Source: Candidatus Aegiribacteria sp. (GTDB lineage Bacteria > Fermentibacterota > Fermentibacteria > Fermentibacterales > JCC-6). Taken from it: a stretch of DNA of 47,810 bases. How positions within the stretch are numbered: position 1 is the stretch's first letter; every line of letters starts with the position of its first letter. Shown one piece after another: positions 1 to 8,508 of this stretch. The stretch lies in assembly GCA_030610085.1 (NCBI GenBank), contig JAUWSL010000002.1, positions 1 through 47,810 on the forward strand, read 5' to 3'. A program made the position numbers and the translations under genes. The notes beneath the pieces are model-generated. The model was not told where the DNA came from, ran no database searches, and saw only the letters and a list, made by a program, of their open reading frames with translations.

Positions 1-1033
1 AGTAAACGGAGTTGGATTTGGGGGCAAGAGCAAGGTAACAGACGGCTTCAGCCAGGGCAAGATCTCCCTCAGGGGATCCCAGGAATCTCCAGGAATCGGC
101 AGCTCTCATTGCGACCGTAAGTGCCGAAGGGTCTGCAAGACCTACATCTTCAGTGGCGAAACGTATCATCCTTCGCGCGATGTAAAGGGGGTTCTCACCG
201 GAAATCATCATCCTTGCCAGCCAATACAGCGAAGCGTCCACATCTCCGGAACGAAGTGACTTGTGAAGAGCACTTATAAGATTGTAGTGCTCTTCACCGG
301 ATTTGTCATAGCGCAGTGGTGAGGACAGAATCGCCTTCTCGGTCATTTCAGCCGTTATGACTTCCCCTGAAGCCATCCCGGCCAGGAGTTCAAGAATATT
401 CAGAGCTCGTCTACCATCTCCATCGGCCGCCAGGGCGATCATGCGGAGCACACCTTCCTGAATACCCCCGGGGTTCATTTCGCTGAATGCAGCATGTCCG
501 GCAGCCCTTTCAAGAATGGAGAATATGGATGATTCTTCAAGCCTTTGAAGTACGTATACCGTGCACCTGCTGAGAAGCGGAGCGATTATCTCGAATGAAG
601 GATTTTCTGTTGTGGCTCCAGCGAGGGTTATTGTGCCGTTTTCTACGTGGGGCAGGAAAGCATCCTGTTGTGCTTTGTTGAACCTGTGAATTTCGTCTAC
701 GAAAAGCAGTGTCTTTATTCCGCTATGCCTGAGCCTTGAAGCGTCAGCCACTATTGCTCTTACCTGCTTGACCCCTCCCGTTACAGCACTGAATCGGACG
801 AAATGCTGTTCTGTGTACTCCGAAACAAGCAGTATTAGAGTTGTTTTGCCGGACCCCGGCGGCCCCCAGAGTATGAACGACCCAAGAACACCCTCCGAAA
901 GGGCTATTCTGAAAGTAGCATCCTCGGACAGAAGATGCTCCTGCCCGGCTACCTCCTCCAGTTTTCGGGGACGGAGGAGATCGGCAAGTGGTGGATTCAG
1001 TTCTTTTCTTTCAACATTTTCTAGAAGGTCCAT
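1..1033 (-). CDS. rarA: Replication-associated recombination protein A (RarA/MgsA AAA+ ATPase). The 3' end runs off the left edge of the window.
   Basis: Manual reverse translation from the ATG at 1033..1031 gives [35 protein letters not shown]...[13 protein letters not shown] (Walker A) and [40 protein letters not shown]. Near the edge it reads [22 protein letters not shown]...[27 protein letters not shown]. The frame is open to position 2. It is absent from the ORF track because there is no stop codon in the window. Confidence 0.88.
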   Translation of the reverse strand, partial: MDLLENVERKELNPPLADLLRPRKLEEVAGQEHLLSEDATFRIALSEGVLGSFILWGPPGSGKTTLILLVSEYTEQHFVRFSAVTGGVKQVRAIVADASRLRHSGIKTLLFVDEIHRFNKAQQDAFLPHVENGTITLAGATTENPSFEIIAPLLSRCTVYVLQRLEESSIFSILERAAGHAAFSEMNPGGIQEGVLRMIALAADGDGRRALNILELLAGMASGEVITAEMTEKAILSSPLRYDKSGEEHYNLISALHKSLRSGDVDASLYWLARMMISGENPLYIARRMIRFATEDVGLADPSALTVAMRAADSWRFLGSPEGDLALAEAVCYLALAPKSNSVY

Positions 1034-1099
1034 TTGCTCTGAAAATAAACTAACAGGAGCATGAAAGAAAGGGAAAGAACAAAATATATCCCGGCGTGA

Positions 1100-1618
1100 T
1101 TACTGGTAGCGTTGCAGGCCGTTTTCGAACGCGAGCAGGTGATTTTCTGAACCTGCTTTCAGGCGCTCAAAAATATCGCGGACATCGTCCGGGAGTTCAC
1201 CGGCAAGAAAGCACTCGTACATCGCGATGTTGGCGATCTCCGCTTCAATGCCGATTTCAAAGGCATTCTTCAGTGATTCCGGTATAACCACGTGACTCGC
1301 GGAGGAATCTGCAGGAAGGTCATAGCCGTACTGCAGGAAAAGCGGTTCGAGGAGAGATATGTGGGTTTCCTCCGCCCGCATGATGTTACTGAACGGGCGA
1401 ATTTCCCCGTATTCTTCCATGATCATCTCGTATTCAGCCCTTGCGGCATACTCATCATCTATCGCGTAGTTGAGCATCTCTTCAAGGGTACGGGATGTGT
1501 CCGCAGCAGCTCCGGCGGCACCAAAACCGGATTGAGCAAGAACCGGTTCAACAGCAATAGTTCCGACTATAAGTACGATCGATACGATCAACAGTGATCT
1601 TTTATCCGTATTCATCAC
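1100..1618 (-). CDS. Secreted ferritin-like, DUF2202-type protein
   Basis: N-terminal signal peptide (LLIVSIVLIVGTIAVEPVLAQS). Two ferritin-like helix pairs: DDEYAARAEYEMIMEEYGEIRPFSNIMRAEETH and EIGIEAEIANIAMYE...GSENHLLAFE. Confidence 0.6.
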   Translation of the reverse strand: MMNTDKRSLLIVSIVLIVGTIAVEPVLAQSGFGAAGAAADTSRTLEEMLNYAIDDEYAARAEYEMIMEEYGEIRPFSNIMRAEETHISLLEPLFLQYGYDLPADSSASHVVIPESLKNAFEIGIEAEIANIAMYECFLAGELPDDVRDIFERLKAGSENHLLAFENGLQRYQ

Positions 1619-1663
1619 TCATACTCCTTATTTTCCGCCCCCTGCAGAACATCTACTGAACTC

Positions 1664-1694
1664 AAAAAATGCCCGGCAATGGAAGGCCGGGCAT
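1664..1694 (-). terminator. Rho-independent terminator after the lipoprotein gene
   Basis: An 8-bp GC-rich stem, TGCCCGGC (1670-1677) with GCCGGGCA (1686-1693), and an 8-nt loop. An A6 run at 1664-1669 on the plus strand becomes a U-run after the hairpin on the minus-strand transcript. It lies about 20 nt downstream of the stop at 1715. Confidence 0.55.
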
Positions 1695-1714
1695 CTTATG
1701 AGAATGTTCTATTT

Positions 1715-2716
1715 CTAGTTCGTGTCTCTGCCCTGACCACCCATCTGCTGCTGCATTCCCTGAAGGAACATCATAGCAGGAATGGTCTGTGCGGGTTCAC
1801 CGGGAAGAAGGTTCTCGGCACCGCTGAAACCGTAGCCTCTTACTTCAACGAAATGAGTTTCACCGTCACCGGTTATCTCAGCGTAAGCCAGCGGTACAAG
1901 GGGGAGTTCCGAAGAAAGGACAGCTTCAGCTTCGCCCTCGGGATGCACTATCGAGAATTCCATTCCACTGACCCTGTTACCCGCAATGTCCACACTGGTC
2001 TCGCTTACGTCGAACTGCATATTATCAAGCTCGGTCAGGATCTCATCGAGGCCTTCCTGTCCACCCTCGGTGTCGAAACCCTCGGCAAAGCCCTGCTGGA
2101 ACTGATCCTTGAATGCGGGATCGTCCATCATTTCCTCAAGGAATTCAGGAACACCGACAAGGTCAATGGCCATTATCATTCCCTGCTGTTCGAATTTAAC
2201 CATTCTGATGGCGCTTATGAATTCAAGGGCCATCTTCATATTGTTTTCGTTGCTGAACATATCGGCCATTCCACCTGCGTCGGACATGTTCTCACGTATA
2301 TACGCAGCCGGATCGGCTGCGAAGGCACCGAGCTGCTCTTCGTAACCCTCCATCGCATTTTCCATACCATCAGGGTCGATAAGTATCTGGCCGACAAAAT
2401 CGGGAACACTGATCTGAACCCAGTAACACTCGGTTCCCTGATTGTTCTCGCTGCCGACTACGGAGATCATGAATGTTTCGAGCATGTCATCCGCACCGTA
2501 TTCGATCCACTGTCCAACGGCGATTTCAGGTGTATCCAGATCAAATTCGGCAATTGCGGCTATTCCACGATCACCGGGATCATCCTCACCGTTGCCGTCA
2601 TCAACAACTTCTCCTCTGTCTCCTACATCACCGTTACCCGCTTCGTCAGCTGCGGAGCCGCATCCGAAGAAGGCAATACCAATTATCATCGTCACTATAA
2701 ATAACAGCTTTGACAT
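1715..2716 (-). CDS. Acidic putative lipoprotein of unknown function
   Basis: Signal peptide with a lipobox-like IAFFGC at the N-terminus. Low-complexity D/E/G-rich linker. Followed by the terminator hairpin. The antisense 341-aa ORF has an implausible composition. Confidence 0.6.
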   Translation of the reverse strand: MSKLLFIVTMIIGIAFFGCGSAADEAGNGDVGDRGEVVDDGNGEDDPGDRGIAAIAEFDLDTPEIAVGQWIEYGADDMLETFMISVVGSENNQGTECYWVQISVPDFVGQILIDPDGMENAMEGYEEQLGAFAADPAAYIRENMSDAGGMADMFSNENNMKMALEFISAIRMVKFEQQGMIMAIDLVGVPEFLEEMMDDPAFKDQFQQGFAEGFDTEGGQEGLDEILTELDNMQFDVSETSVDIAGNRVSGMEFSIVHPEGEAEAVLSSELPLVPLAYAEITGDGETHFVEVRGYGFSGAENLLPGEPAQTIPAMMFLQGMQQQMGGQGRDTN

Positions 2717-2804
2717 GTATTCTTCCTTTCTTTTTGAATATCACGTTATGATTCAACTGCAGATGTATTGAATTATGCGAAACTCAAATCAGTTAGTCAA
2801 ATAA

Positions 2805-3344
2805 CTACTCGGTATCTACTTCAATGAGTTTCACATACGAGATTCCGTTTTCCAGAAGTCTGACCCCTCCACCAAGAAATTTCAGGTCTACGACGAAGGC
2901 CGCACCAGCTACAGTGCAGGAATCCCTGCGAAGCAACAACGCGGCAGCCATAGCCGATCCTCCCGTTGCAATGAGATCGTCTACTATCAGTACCCTGCTT
3001 CCTGCAGGAAGTGAATTCTTATGCATCTCAACTACGTTCGTTCCGTACTCAAGGGAATACTCTTCACTGAAGGTTTCACCGGGCAGCTTCCCCGGTTTTC
3101 GAATAAGGACAAGGGGAATATCCTTCTTTGCCGCCATGACCGAACCAAATATGAATCCTCTTGATTCGATTGCAGCTATCGCATCGTATTCAATACCTTC
3201 ACATGCTTTTTCAAGATGCTTCACCGTATCATTCAAGGCTCCCGGATGGGTAAGAAGCGTCGTTATATCTTTGAAAATAACGCCCTCAACAGGAAAGTCG
3301 GGAATGTTCCTGATTCGATCGCTCAGTTCCTCTACGCTCAGCAT
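2805..3344 (-). CDS. apt: Adenine phosphoribosyltransferase
   Basis: 179 aa. Contains FPVEGVIFKDITTLL, the PRPP-binding loop VLIVDDLIATGGSA, and EYGT. Typical Apt length. Confidence 0.9.
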   Translation of the reverse strand: MLSVEELSDRIRNIPDFPVEGVIFKDITTLLTHPGALNDTVKHLEKACEGIEYDAIAAIESRGFIFGSVMAAKKDIPLVLIRKPGKLPGETFSEEYSLEYGTNVVEMHKNSLPAGSRVLIVDDLIATGGSAMAAALLLRRDSCTVAGAAFVVDLKFLGGGVRLLENGISYVKLIEVDTE

Positions 3345-3805
3345 AAATCCCCTCCGAAGTTCTCAATAATGAAATCCATCGCTTCTTCCGGTGAACTGAC
3401 AGGCACTACTCCATCGATCCGAGCCCATTTGCCAATTGCGCATACGGGCTTTCCAGCCTGGAGAGCATAGGCGATTTCGGACAATGTTCCGTACTTTCCT
3501 CCGACTGCGACCGCAACTCTTCCAGAAAGGGCAATTATTCTGTTCCGCGATGTACCCATTCCGGTCACGATCACTGTCTCTACCCAGTGATTAGCCTCAA
3601 GCGGGTCGGTTCCACGGAGTATTCCGATGCTGTGACCGCCCTTTTCGGCGGTTCCCCGGCATACGGCCTCCATGATACCTTTTCCGCCACCGCATACGAC
3701 GGTAAAGCCGTGATCAGCAAGCAGTCCGCCGAGTCTCTCCGCCCAGCTGATCTCCTCCGGATCAGCAAGTGATCCACCGATTACTGAAATGAGTTTAGTG
3801 AGGAT
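3338..3805 (-). CDS. TIGR00725 / LOG-like (lysine-decarboxylase-like Rossmann) family protein. The start codon is uncertain.
   Basis: The in-frame translation upstream of the tracked Met reads KLISVIGGSLADPEEISWAERLGGLLADHGFTVVCGGGKGIMEAVCRG...GTLSEIAYAL, typical of the family. The frame is closed by a TAG at 3815-3817 and has no ATG, GTG or TTG. An AGAAGG Shine-Dalgarno-like box at 3811-3816 precedes ATT (3808) and ATC (3805). The stop overlaps the apt start by 7 nt. Confidence 0.6.
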   Translation of the reverse strand: MLTKLISVIGGSLADPEEISWAERLGGLLADHGFTVVCGGGKGIMEAVCRGTAEKGGHSIGILRGTDPLEANHWVETVIVTGMGTSRNRIIALSGRVAVAVGGKYGTLSEIAYALQAGKPVCAIGKWARIDGVVPVSSPEEAMDFIIENFGGDLC

Positions 3806-3842
3806 AATAGCCTTCTATTCAGGTGTCATCGTTTTTAAGATA

Positions 3843-3920
<78 letters not shown>

Positions 3921-3980
3921 ACTACAGTTTTCGGTCATGCAAATTTACTATTAATGCAGTTCTTATGCAACGTCCGAACT

Positions 3981-4502
3981 TCAGTCAGCACCGACAAGAA
4001 AACCGATACCTGCCAGTGCTCCGGACATGATAAGTGTTACAAGCACACCTGCTATAGCTACTCCAAGGGCTATTGCTGGAAACGCAAGTCTTTTCGGAAT
4101 TCCGAACAGAAACGCGGCTACAGATCCGGTCCAGGCACCTGTTACCGGTAAAGGTATGGCTACGAAGAGAGTAAGGCCCAGGGCTTCGTACTTCTCGATT
4201 TTTGTCCCGGCACGTTTTCTTGCTTTTTCAAACAGCTTGCTGAAAAACCTGTCGAATACTTTCCATCTCATGAGATATCTGCTGACAGGTTCAAGAAACC
4301 ACAGCAGGAAGGGAACAGGAAGGAGGTTGCCCGCCACTGCAAGAAGATAGATCTTCCACCAGTCCCATGCCCACTCGCTGCTCATCACTGTCCATGCCAG
4401 GGGGATGCTGCCTCTGAGTTCGGTAAGAGGAAAAGCTGAAAGTGTCATCATCTGTATTTCACCGGGAATACCGGCAAGCCAGTTAAGCAGAGTTTCGCCC
4501 AT
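3981..4502 (-). CDS. Small membrane protein, putative small multidrug export protein family (Sm_multidrug_ex-like)
   Basis: Start taken at [11 protein letters not shown]. The longer tracked ORF reads through the tRNA gene. Contains [12 protein letters not shown], four to five hydrophobic helices and [13 protein letters not shown]. Confidence 0.55.
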   Translation of the reverse strand: MGETLLNWLAGIPGEIQMMTLSAFPLTELRGSIPLAWTVMSSEWAWDWWKIYLLAVAGNLLPVPFLLWFLEPVSRYLMRWKVFDRFFSKLFEKARKRAGTKIEKYEALGLTLFVAIPLPVTGAWTGSVAAFLFGIPKRLAFPAIALGVAIAGVLVTLIMSGALAGIGFLVGAD

Positions 4503-4538
4503 GGGTCCTTTCAGGTAATCGGTATTGAGAATAAAGAA

Positions 4539-4615
4539 TGGTCGGGGCGACTGGATTCGAACCAGCGACCACTTGAACCCCATTCAAGTGCGCTACCGGA
4601 CTGCGCCACGCCCCG
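4539..4615 (-). tRNA. tRNA-Pro (anticodon GGG)
   Basis: The reverse complement reads CGGGGCGTGGCGCAGTCCGGTAGCGCACTTGAATGGGGTTCAAGTGGTCGCTGGTTCGAATCCAGTCGCCCCGACCA. Cloverleaf fold with anticodon loop ATGGGGT and an encoded CCA. Confidence 0.9.
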
Positions 4616-4631
4616 ACCGGAGAGAGCAAAA

Positions 4632-5021
4632 TTACCCTTTATCGTCCTGTTTGTCAACTGCCATCGGATCCCTGTCCAGTATGGCGATTATGTCCGTTAA
4701 CTCAACCTTGACTGAATTAATCATCTCAGCAGAAACCGTGGCTGCGTCCAGCTTCAACTCCATCTGCTGTTCATGGCTGCTCATCTCTTCGATCTTCTGC
4801 CTGGCACCGTCGATAGTATAGCGTTCCTGGTAGAGCAGATTGCTGATCATCTTGATCAGAGCGATATCTTCCTGCGTGTATATCCTGTTGCCAGATTGAT
4901 TCTTGGAAGGTTTCAGCATCGGAAAAGCAGTCTCCCAGTACCTCAGTACATGGGGTTTAAGACCTGTAAGGCTGCAGACTTCACTAATGGAATAATAAAG
5001 CTTCTCGCTGCCTGAATCCAA
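4632..5021 (-). CDS. MerR-family HTH protein (HspR/CbpM-like placement after a J-domain gene)
   Basis: The MerR N-terminal HTH reads [47 protein letters not shown], followed by a coiled-coil tail. Confidence 0.75.
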   Translation of the reverse strand: MDSGSEKLYYSISEVCSLTGLKPHVLRYWETAFPMLKPSKNQSGNRIYTQEDIALIKMISNLLYQERYTIDGARQKIEEMSSHEQQMELKLDAATVSAEMINSVKVELTDIIAILDRDPMAVDKQDDKG

Positions 5022-5026
5022 TTCGA

Positions 5027-5770
5027 TTACTCCTCGCGTCTGAAAACTTTCGTAACTTTCTTGAACATCCTCTGTACGGGCGGTTTCTCAGAATCTCTGA
5101 GTGAGCTGATCTTCTTCATCATATTGAGGGCACCCTCATGTTCAGCGTTCCATCCAAGAGCCTCAAGGAGAGCTTTTTCCGCCAGAGCCAGCTGTCCTGC
5201 ATGAATATAGATTTCTCCCAGTCTTACGAAATTTTCCGGATTATGATATTCGACCTTGCAGGCTACTTTCATGTGGTTCACAGCCTCATGGTATCTTTTC
5301 CTTCCCATGGCTGCGGTGGCAAGTACTGTTCTCAGCTTAGGATTATCCGGATGGGTCTTGAGGAATCCCTCCAGTATGCGGCTTGCTTCCCAGAAATTAT
5401 CCTTCCTGCAGAGGCTTTCAGCATCCCTGATGGTACGTTTGAGTCTTGCATCAAGACGACGCATATCCGAGGGCGGGCGGGTGCCCATCCTAATAGCGGG
5501 CTCAGGTTCCTTCTCCTTGATCCCTTCAATCTGATCAACATTGATAGAGGAGTCGTACTCTGCCCGGCTGACGGATTTTGAGAGCACCTGGTATGCCTCA
5601 TTTATAGCCATATACCTTTCGGTAAGTTCAATATCTCCGCCGGTAACATCCGGGTGTAATTTCCTGGCGAGTTCATGATATGCATCTACTATCTCTTCAG
5701 TTGTCACCGTGTATTTAACGCCCAGTATTTTGTAGAAATCCTGCGTTGAATATTCTATGCTGTCAGACAT
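5027..5770 (-). CDS. J-domain (DnaJ-like) protein with C-terminal TPR repeats
   Basis: DFYKILGVKYTVTTEEIVDAYHELARKLHPDV contains the HPD tripeptide. The C-terminal half has TPR-like repeats (WEASRILEGFLKTHPDNPK..., YHEAVNHMKVACKVEYHNPEN..., LALAEKALLEAL). Confidence 0.8.
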   Translation of the reverse strand: MSDSIEYSTQDFYKILGVKYTVTTEEIVDAYHELARKLHPDVTGGDIELTERYMAINEAYQVLSKSVSRAEYDSSINVDQIEGIKEKEPEPAIRMGTRPPSDMRRLDARLKRTIRDAESLCRKDNFWEASRILEGFLKTHPDNPKLRTVLATAAMGRKRYHEAVNHMKVACKVEYHNPENFVRLGEIYIHAGQLALAEKALLEALGWNAEHEGALNMMKKISSLRDSEKPPVQRMFKKVTKVFRREE

Positions 5771-5776
5771 TAAGGA

Positions 5777-7240
5777 TTACCTTAAAACGGTGAATCTCCT
5801 GCTATCGCAGTTTCCTGCAACATCGGAGATCCTGGCGATATATACACCCGCCGGTACTTCACCTGGAATGGCCCAGGTCAGGCTGCTTGTTCCTCCGGCA
5901 AATTCTCCGGTTCCAAAGGAATGAACGATCCTGCCGCTGGTGTCATAGATAGAGACATTAACATTTGAGGACCCCGAAGAAGTAATTCTGAAGGATGCAG
6001 TTGATAGAACAGGATTAGGGTATACTGAGTTAAGTGCGAGAAGCGGTTCGATTCCAATTTCACTCTCTCCGCTGATCCCAACGAACTCCGGCACGGTCAT
6101 GCAGATGAAGATATTCATCGGCCTGCAGTCCGCACAGTTGGCTTCAATTACGGTGGTGTCGTTCTGACCACCCCACCAGCTGGTGCCAACTTCAGGTGTG
6201 AAAACCATTATGCCCTGTTCCTCATTTCCTCCGTACATCCAGTCGTTCTGATCTCCGTTGACAACGTATAGACATTCGGGACAGGTACCGGCAAAGTAGC
6301 CGTTCTCCGCGGTCATTACGGCGGACCACTCTACGAAAGTAGTATGGTCAGGAGTGTAAGTATTCTCTTCGTATCCATAGGGATAAATAAGCCACTGTCC
6401 GGACGAATGGTAGTTCATCGCCGCTATCGGCTCGATTTCCTCTATGAAATCCCTCTGAACCTGGGTTTCAGGTTCTGAAAAAGCTGAGTCTCCACGGTAA
6501 GTCGGATCGTTGGGATATGGGCTTGATCCATAATTATCGTAACCCCACATGTATCCCCAGTTCCGGTTCAGATCAATCCCGTCTCCAAGTGTGAAGTTCA
6601 TGTTCTTTCTGTGATAACCGCCGTTGGGCATGTTGTATTCGTACCCGTCCGGATTTCCGATAGGAACGAAGTAAACGGTTGTATTATCGAGGATATATGC
6701 CGCTCTGGTATCACCGCCATCGTAGTTGCTGGTGAGCCACATCGCAAAGTCTATCAGTACCGAATTACCGCCCGGTTCCCTTGCATGGATAAGTGAAGAG
6801 AAGTAGATGGGCGGTTTGTCACCCGGTATTGAGCTTGTCATTTTGATCATGTATATGTCCCGGTTCTCGTAGGACTGCCCTATCGTGACAGGTGTATCCG
6901 CCAGATCAGTGTAGTTCTCGGCAAGCGAGCACCAGAAAGCCCAGTTCTCCTCAGGGCTGTAATAATAACCGGCGTTATCCGTATTCTCCGGAAGGAGCTC
7001 TCCCCATTCTCTAGGAAGGACCTCGTAATCGTACGAGAGAAGGGCAACCTGATCTATATCTCTCTCCGGCAGCAATATATCCACATATCCGCTTCTCATA
7101 TCAACACTGGCTATATCGTATCCGTCTTCGATCATATTCATTAATGAACCGTGCGGAACATCGTACAGTCTTACGAGTCTATGCGCCGAAACAACCGGTG
7201 CGAATACGCAAATAGAAAGAGCCAAAAACAGATACTTCAC
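5777..7240 (-). CDS. Secreted M14-family zinc carboxypeptidase with a T9SS/FlgD-Ig-like C-terminal sorting domain
   Basis: Signal peptide. The zinc-binding region SLIHAREPGG carries the HxxE motif. Also contains MNFTLGDGIDLNRNW. The roughly 85-aa C-terminus reads VYPNPV...VSIYDTSGRIVHS...GVYIARI...RFTVLR. Confidence 0.8.
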   Translation of the reverse strand: MKYLFLALSICVFAPVVSAHRLVRLYDVPHGSLMNMIEDGYDIASVDMRSGYVDILLPERDIDQVALLSYDYEVLPREWGELLPENTDNAGYYYSPEENWAFWCSLAENYTDLADTPVTIGQSYENRDIYMIKMTSSIPGDKPPIYFSSLIHAREPGGNSVLIDFAMWLTSNYDGGDTRAAYILDNTTVYFVPIGNPDGYEYNMPNGGYHRKNMNFTLGDGIDLNRNWGYMWGYDNYGSSPYPNDPTYRGDSAFSEPETQVQRDFIEEIEPIAAMNYHSSGQWLIYPYGYEENTYTPDHTTFVEWSAVMTAENGYFAGTCPECLYVVNGDQNDWMYGGNEEQGIMVFTPEVGTSWWGGQNDTTVIEANCADCRPMNIFICMTVPEFVGISGESEIGIEPLLALNSVYPNPVLSTASFRITSSGSSNVNVSIYDTSGRIVHSFGTGEFAGGTSSLTWAIPGEVPAGVYIARISDVAGNCDSRRFTVLR

Positions 7241-7260
7241 TGGAATCTCCTTCTTAAAGA

Positions 7261-7289
7261 TTGACTTTCATCGATTCAGGGTTTAGAAT
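7261..7289 (+). promoter_or_regulatory. Sigma-70-like promoter upstream of rpsT
   Basis: TTGACT (7261-7266), a 17-nt spacer, then TAGAAT (7284-7289). An AAAGGAG Shine-Dalgarno box at 7341-7347 precedes the TTG start at 7355. Confidence 0.45.
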
Positions 7290-7354
7290 TCCTCCCTGCT
7301 GACCGAGTATAAACAGAATTCGAGTATTACCAAATTTGTGAAAGGAGTCTGCTC

Positions 7355-7588
7355 TTGGCAAGGAGCAAGCAATCACTAAAACGCAGAAGAACAGATATAG
7401 TCAAGGCACAGAGGAACCGCAGTAAGATGAGGAAGCTCAGAAGCGCTATAAAAAGCGTAAATGAATCGGAGACCCCTGAAGACAGAGAAAAGGCAATGCG
7501 CAAAGCCCAGAGCCTTATTGATAAAGCATCCAGGAAGCATCTTCTTCACCGGAACAGAGCTAACCGCCTGAAGCACTCTCTTATGTAG
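7355..7588 (+). CDS. rpsT: 30S ribosomal protein S20
   Basis: 77 aa, very basic. Reads KQSLKRRRTDIVKAQRNRSKMRKLRSAIKS...KASRKHLLHRNRANRLKH. TTG start preceded by a strong Shine-Dalgarno box. Confidence 0.9.
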   Translation: MARSKQSLKRRRTDIVKAQRNRSKMRKLRSAIKSVNESETPEDREKAMRKAQSLIDKASRKHLLHRNRANRLKHSLM

Positions 7589-7593
7589 TATAA

Positions 7594-7624
7594 CGGACCA
7601 TCCTTCTTACGGAAGGTCCGTTTC
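7594..7624 (+). terminator. Rho-independent terminator after rpsT
   Basis: The hairpin CGGACCATCC-TTCTTAC-GGAAGGTCCG has one internal mismatch and is followed by TTT. Confidence 0.55.
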
Positions 7625-7671
7625 CTGCTAATTATCATCAGACCTTCACGACAACAGCAGTAATTATCATA

Positions 7672-7699
7672 TTGACATTTTTTCTCTATTTGTTAGATT
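7672..7699 (+). promoter_or_regulatory. Sigma-70-like promoter of the dtxR-feoAB operon
   Basis: TTGACA (7672-7677), a 16-nt spacer, then TAGATT (7694-7699). Confidence 0.4.
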
Positions 7700-7708
7700 A
7701 CTCTAACA
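7691..7708. promoter_or_regulatory. Candidate DtxR/IdeR-type iron-box operator overlapping the -10 element
   Basis: The 18-bp near-perfect palindrome TGTTAGATTACTCTAACA has 16 of 18 symmetric positions. It contains the TTAG...CTAA half-sites of the DtxR/IdeR consensus and lies directly upstream of a DtxR-family gene. Confidence 0.45.
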
Positions 7709-7725
7709 GAAATAGAGGTGCCTAC

Positions 7726-8508
7726 ATGTCAGACAGTAAAAACGGTATTACTGGATCACTTGAAGATTACCTTGAGACCATTTTCAGGATACTTGGAAGA
7801 AGTGCAGTCGCGAGGGTCAGGGACATCGCCGAGGAGCTGGATGTAAGCCCGGCATCCGTCACACCCGCTATGAAACGTCTGGCCGAAAAAGAACTTATCA
7901 GATATTCCAAACGTAACTATATAGAACTCACCGAAAAGGGTCTCTTAATCGCACGTCGCACAATGACCAGCCACAAACTGCTTTCCCGCTTCTTAACCGA
8001 AATTCTCGGAATTGACCGCGAACAGGCCGAAAATGACGCTTGCGAAATGGAACATTTCCTTTCTGAAAGCTCTATGGAAAGGCTTGCAGCTTTTTTCGAG
8101 TTCCTCGCTGCCTGCCCTGAGCTTCAGATCCTTATAGATACGGGATTCGCTAACTGCCTTGAAGGTGAAACAGAACATCTTCCCCGCTGCAGCAGATCGA
8201 TCTGCCCGCTTATGGCTCATGATGATGATAACAGTGAGGGGTTTGAACTATTACGCCTTATCGATCTTCAACCGGGGTCTTCAAGAAGAATCGCCAGGAT
8301 AAACGCAGGGATACAGGCAAGAAGACAACTCATCGAATCAGGCTTCATACAGGGAGCGAACGTTATTCTTATCCGACCTGGAGGCAGTGATCTGCCATTC
8401 ATAGTAAAGCTTGACGGGTACGATCAGGAACTGCCTGTGGAGATCGCTGAATGTGTCCTCCTTCATCCTGACTCCCAAGAAATGGGAGAAGATGAAAATG
8501 AGGAATAG
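7726..8508 (+). CDS. DtxR/MntR-family metal-dependent transcriptional regulator with a C-terminal SH3/FeoA-like domain
   Basis: Start chosen at the ATG at 7726, after AGAGGTG. Contains LEDYLETIFRI..., ARVRDIAEELDVSPASVTPAMKRLAEKELI (wHTH), a dimerisation/metal-site region (HKLLSRFL...DACEMEH) and a C-terminal FeoA-like region LIDLQPGSSRRIARI...GANVILIRPGG...IVKLDG. Confidence 0.8.
   Translation: MSDSKNGITGSLEDYLETIFRILGRSAVARVRDIAEELDVSPASVTPAMKRLAEKELIRYSKRNYIELTEKGLLIARRTMTSHKLLSRFLTEILGIDREQAENDACEMEHFLSESSMERLAAFFEFLAACPELQILIDTGFANCLEGETEHLPRCSRSICPLMAHDDDNSEGFELLRLIDLQPGSSRRIARINAGIQARRQLIESGFIQGANVILIRPGGSDLPFIVKLDGYDQELPVEIAECVLLHPDSQEMGEDENEE

Noticed and set aside
1679-2704. A 341-aa plus-strand ORF, nearly as long as the minus-strand ORF it overlaps
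   Set aside because: It is antisense to a gene that has a clear signal peptide and lipobox and its own downstream terminator. The plus-strand translation is His/Cys/Phe-rich, has no recognisable motif, and lacks a Shine-Dalgarno box or promoter.
4503-4583. N-terminal extension of the membrane-protein ORF ([17 protein letters not shown]...)
   Set aside because: These codons are the reverse-strand reading of the tRNA-Pro(GGG) gene. The internal Met at 4502 gives a sensible hydrophobic N-terminus.
8411-8497. Upstream extension of the FeoA ORF, which overlaps the DtxR gene by about 100 nt
   Set aside because: The extension has no FeoA similarity and sits inside the conserved C-terminal domain of the regulator. 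The ATG at 8498 has better Shine-Dalgarno spacing.
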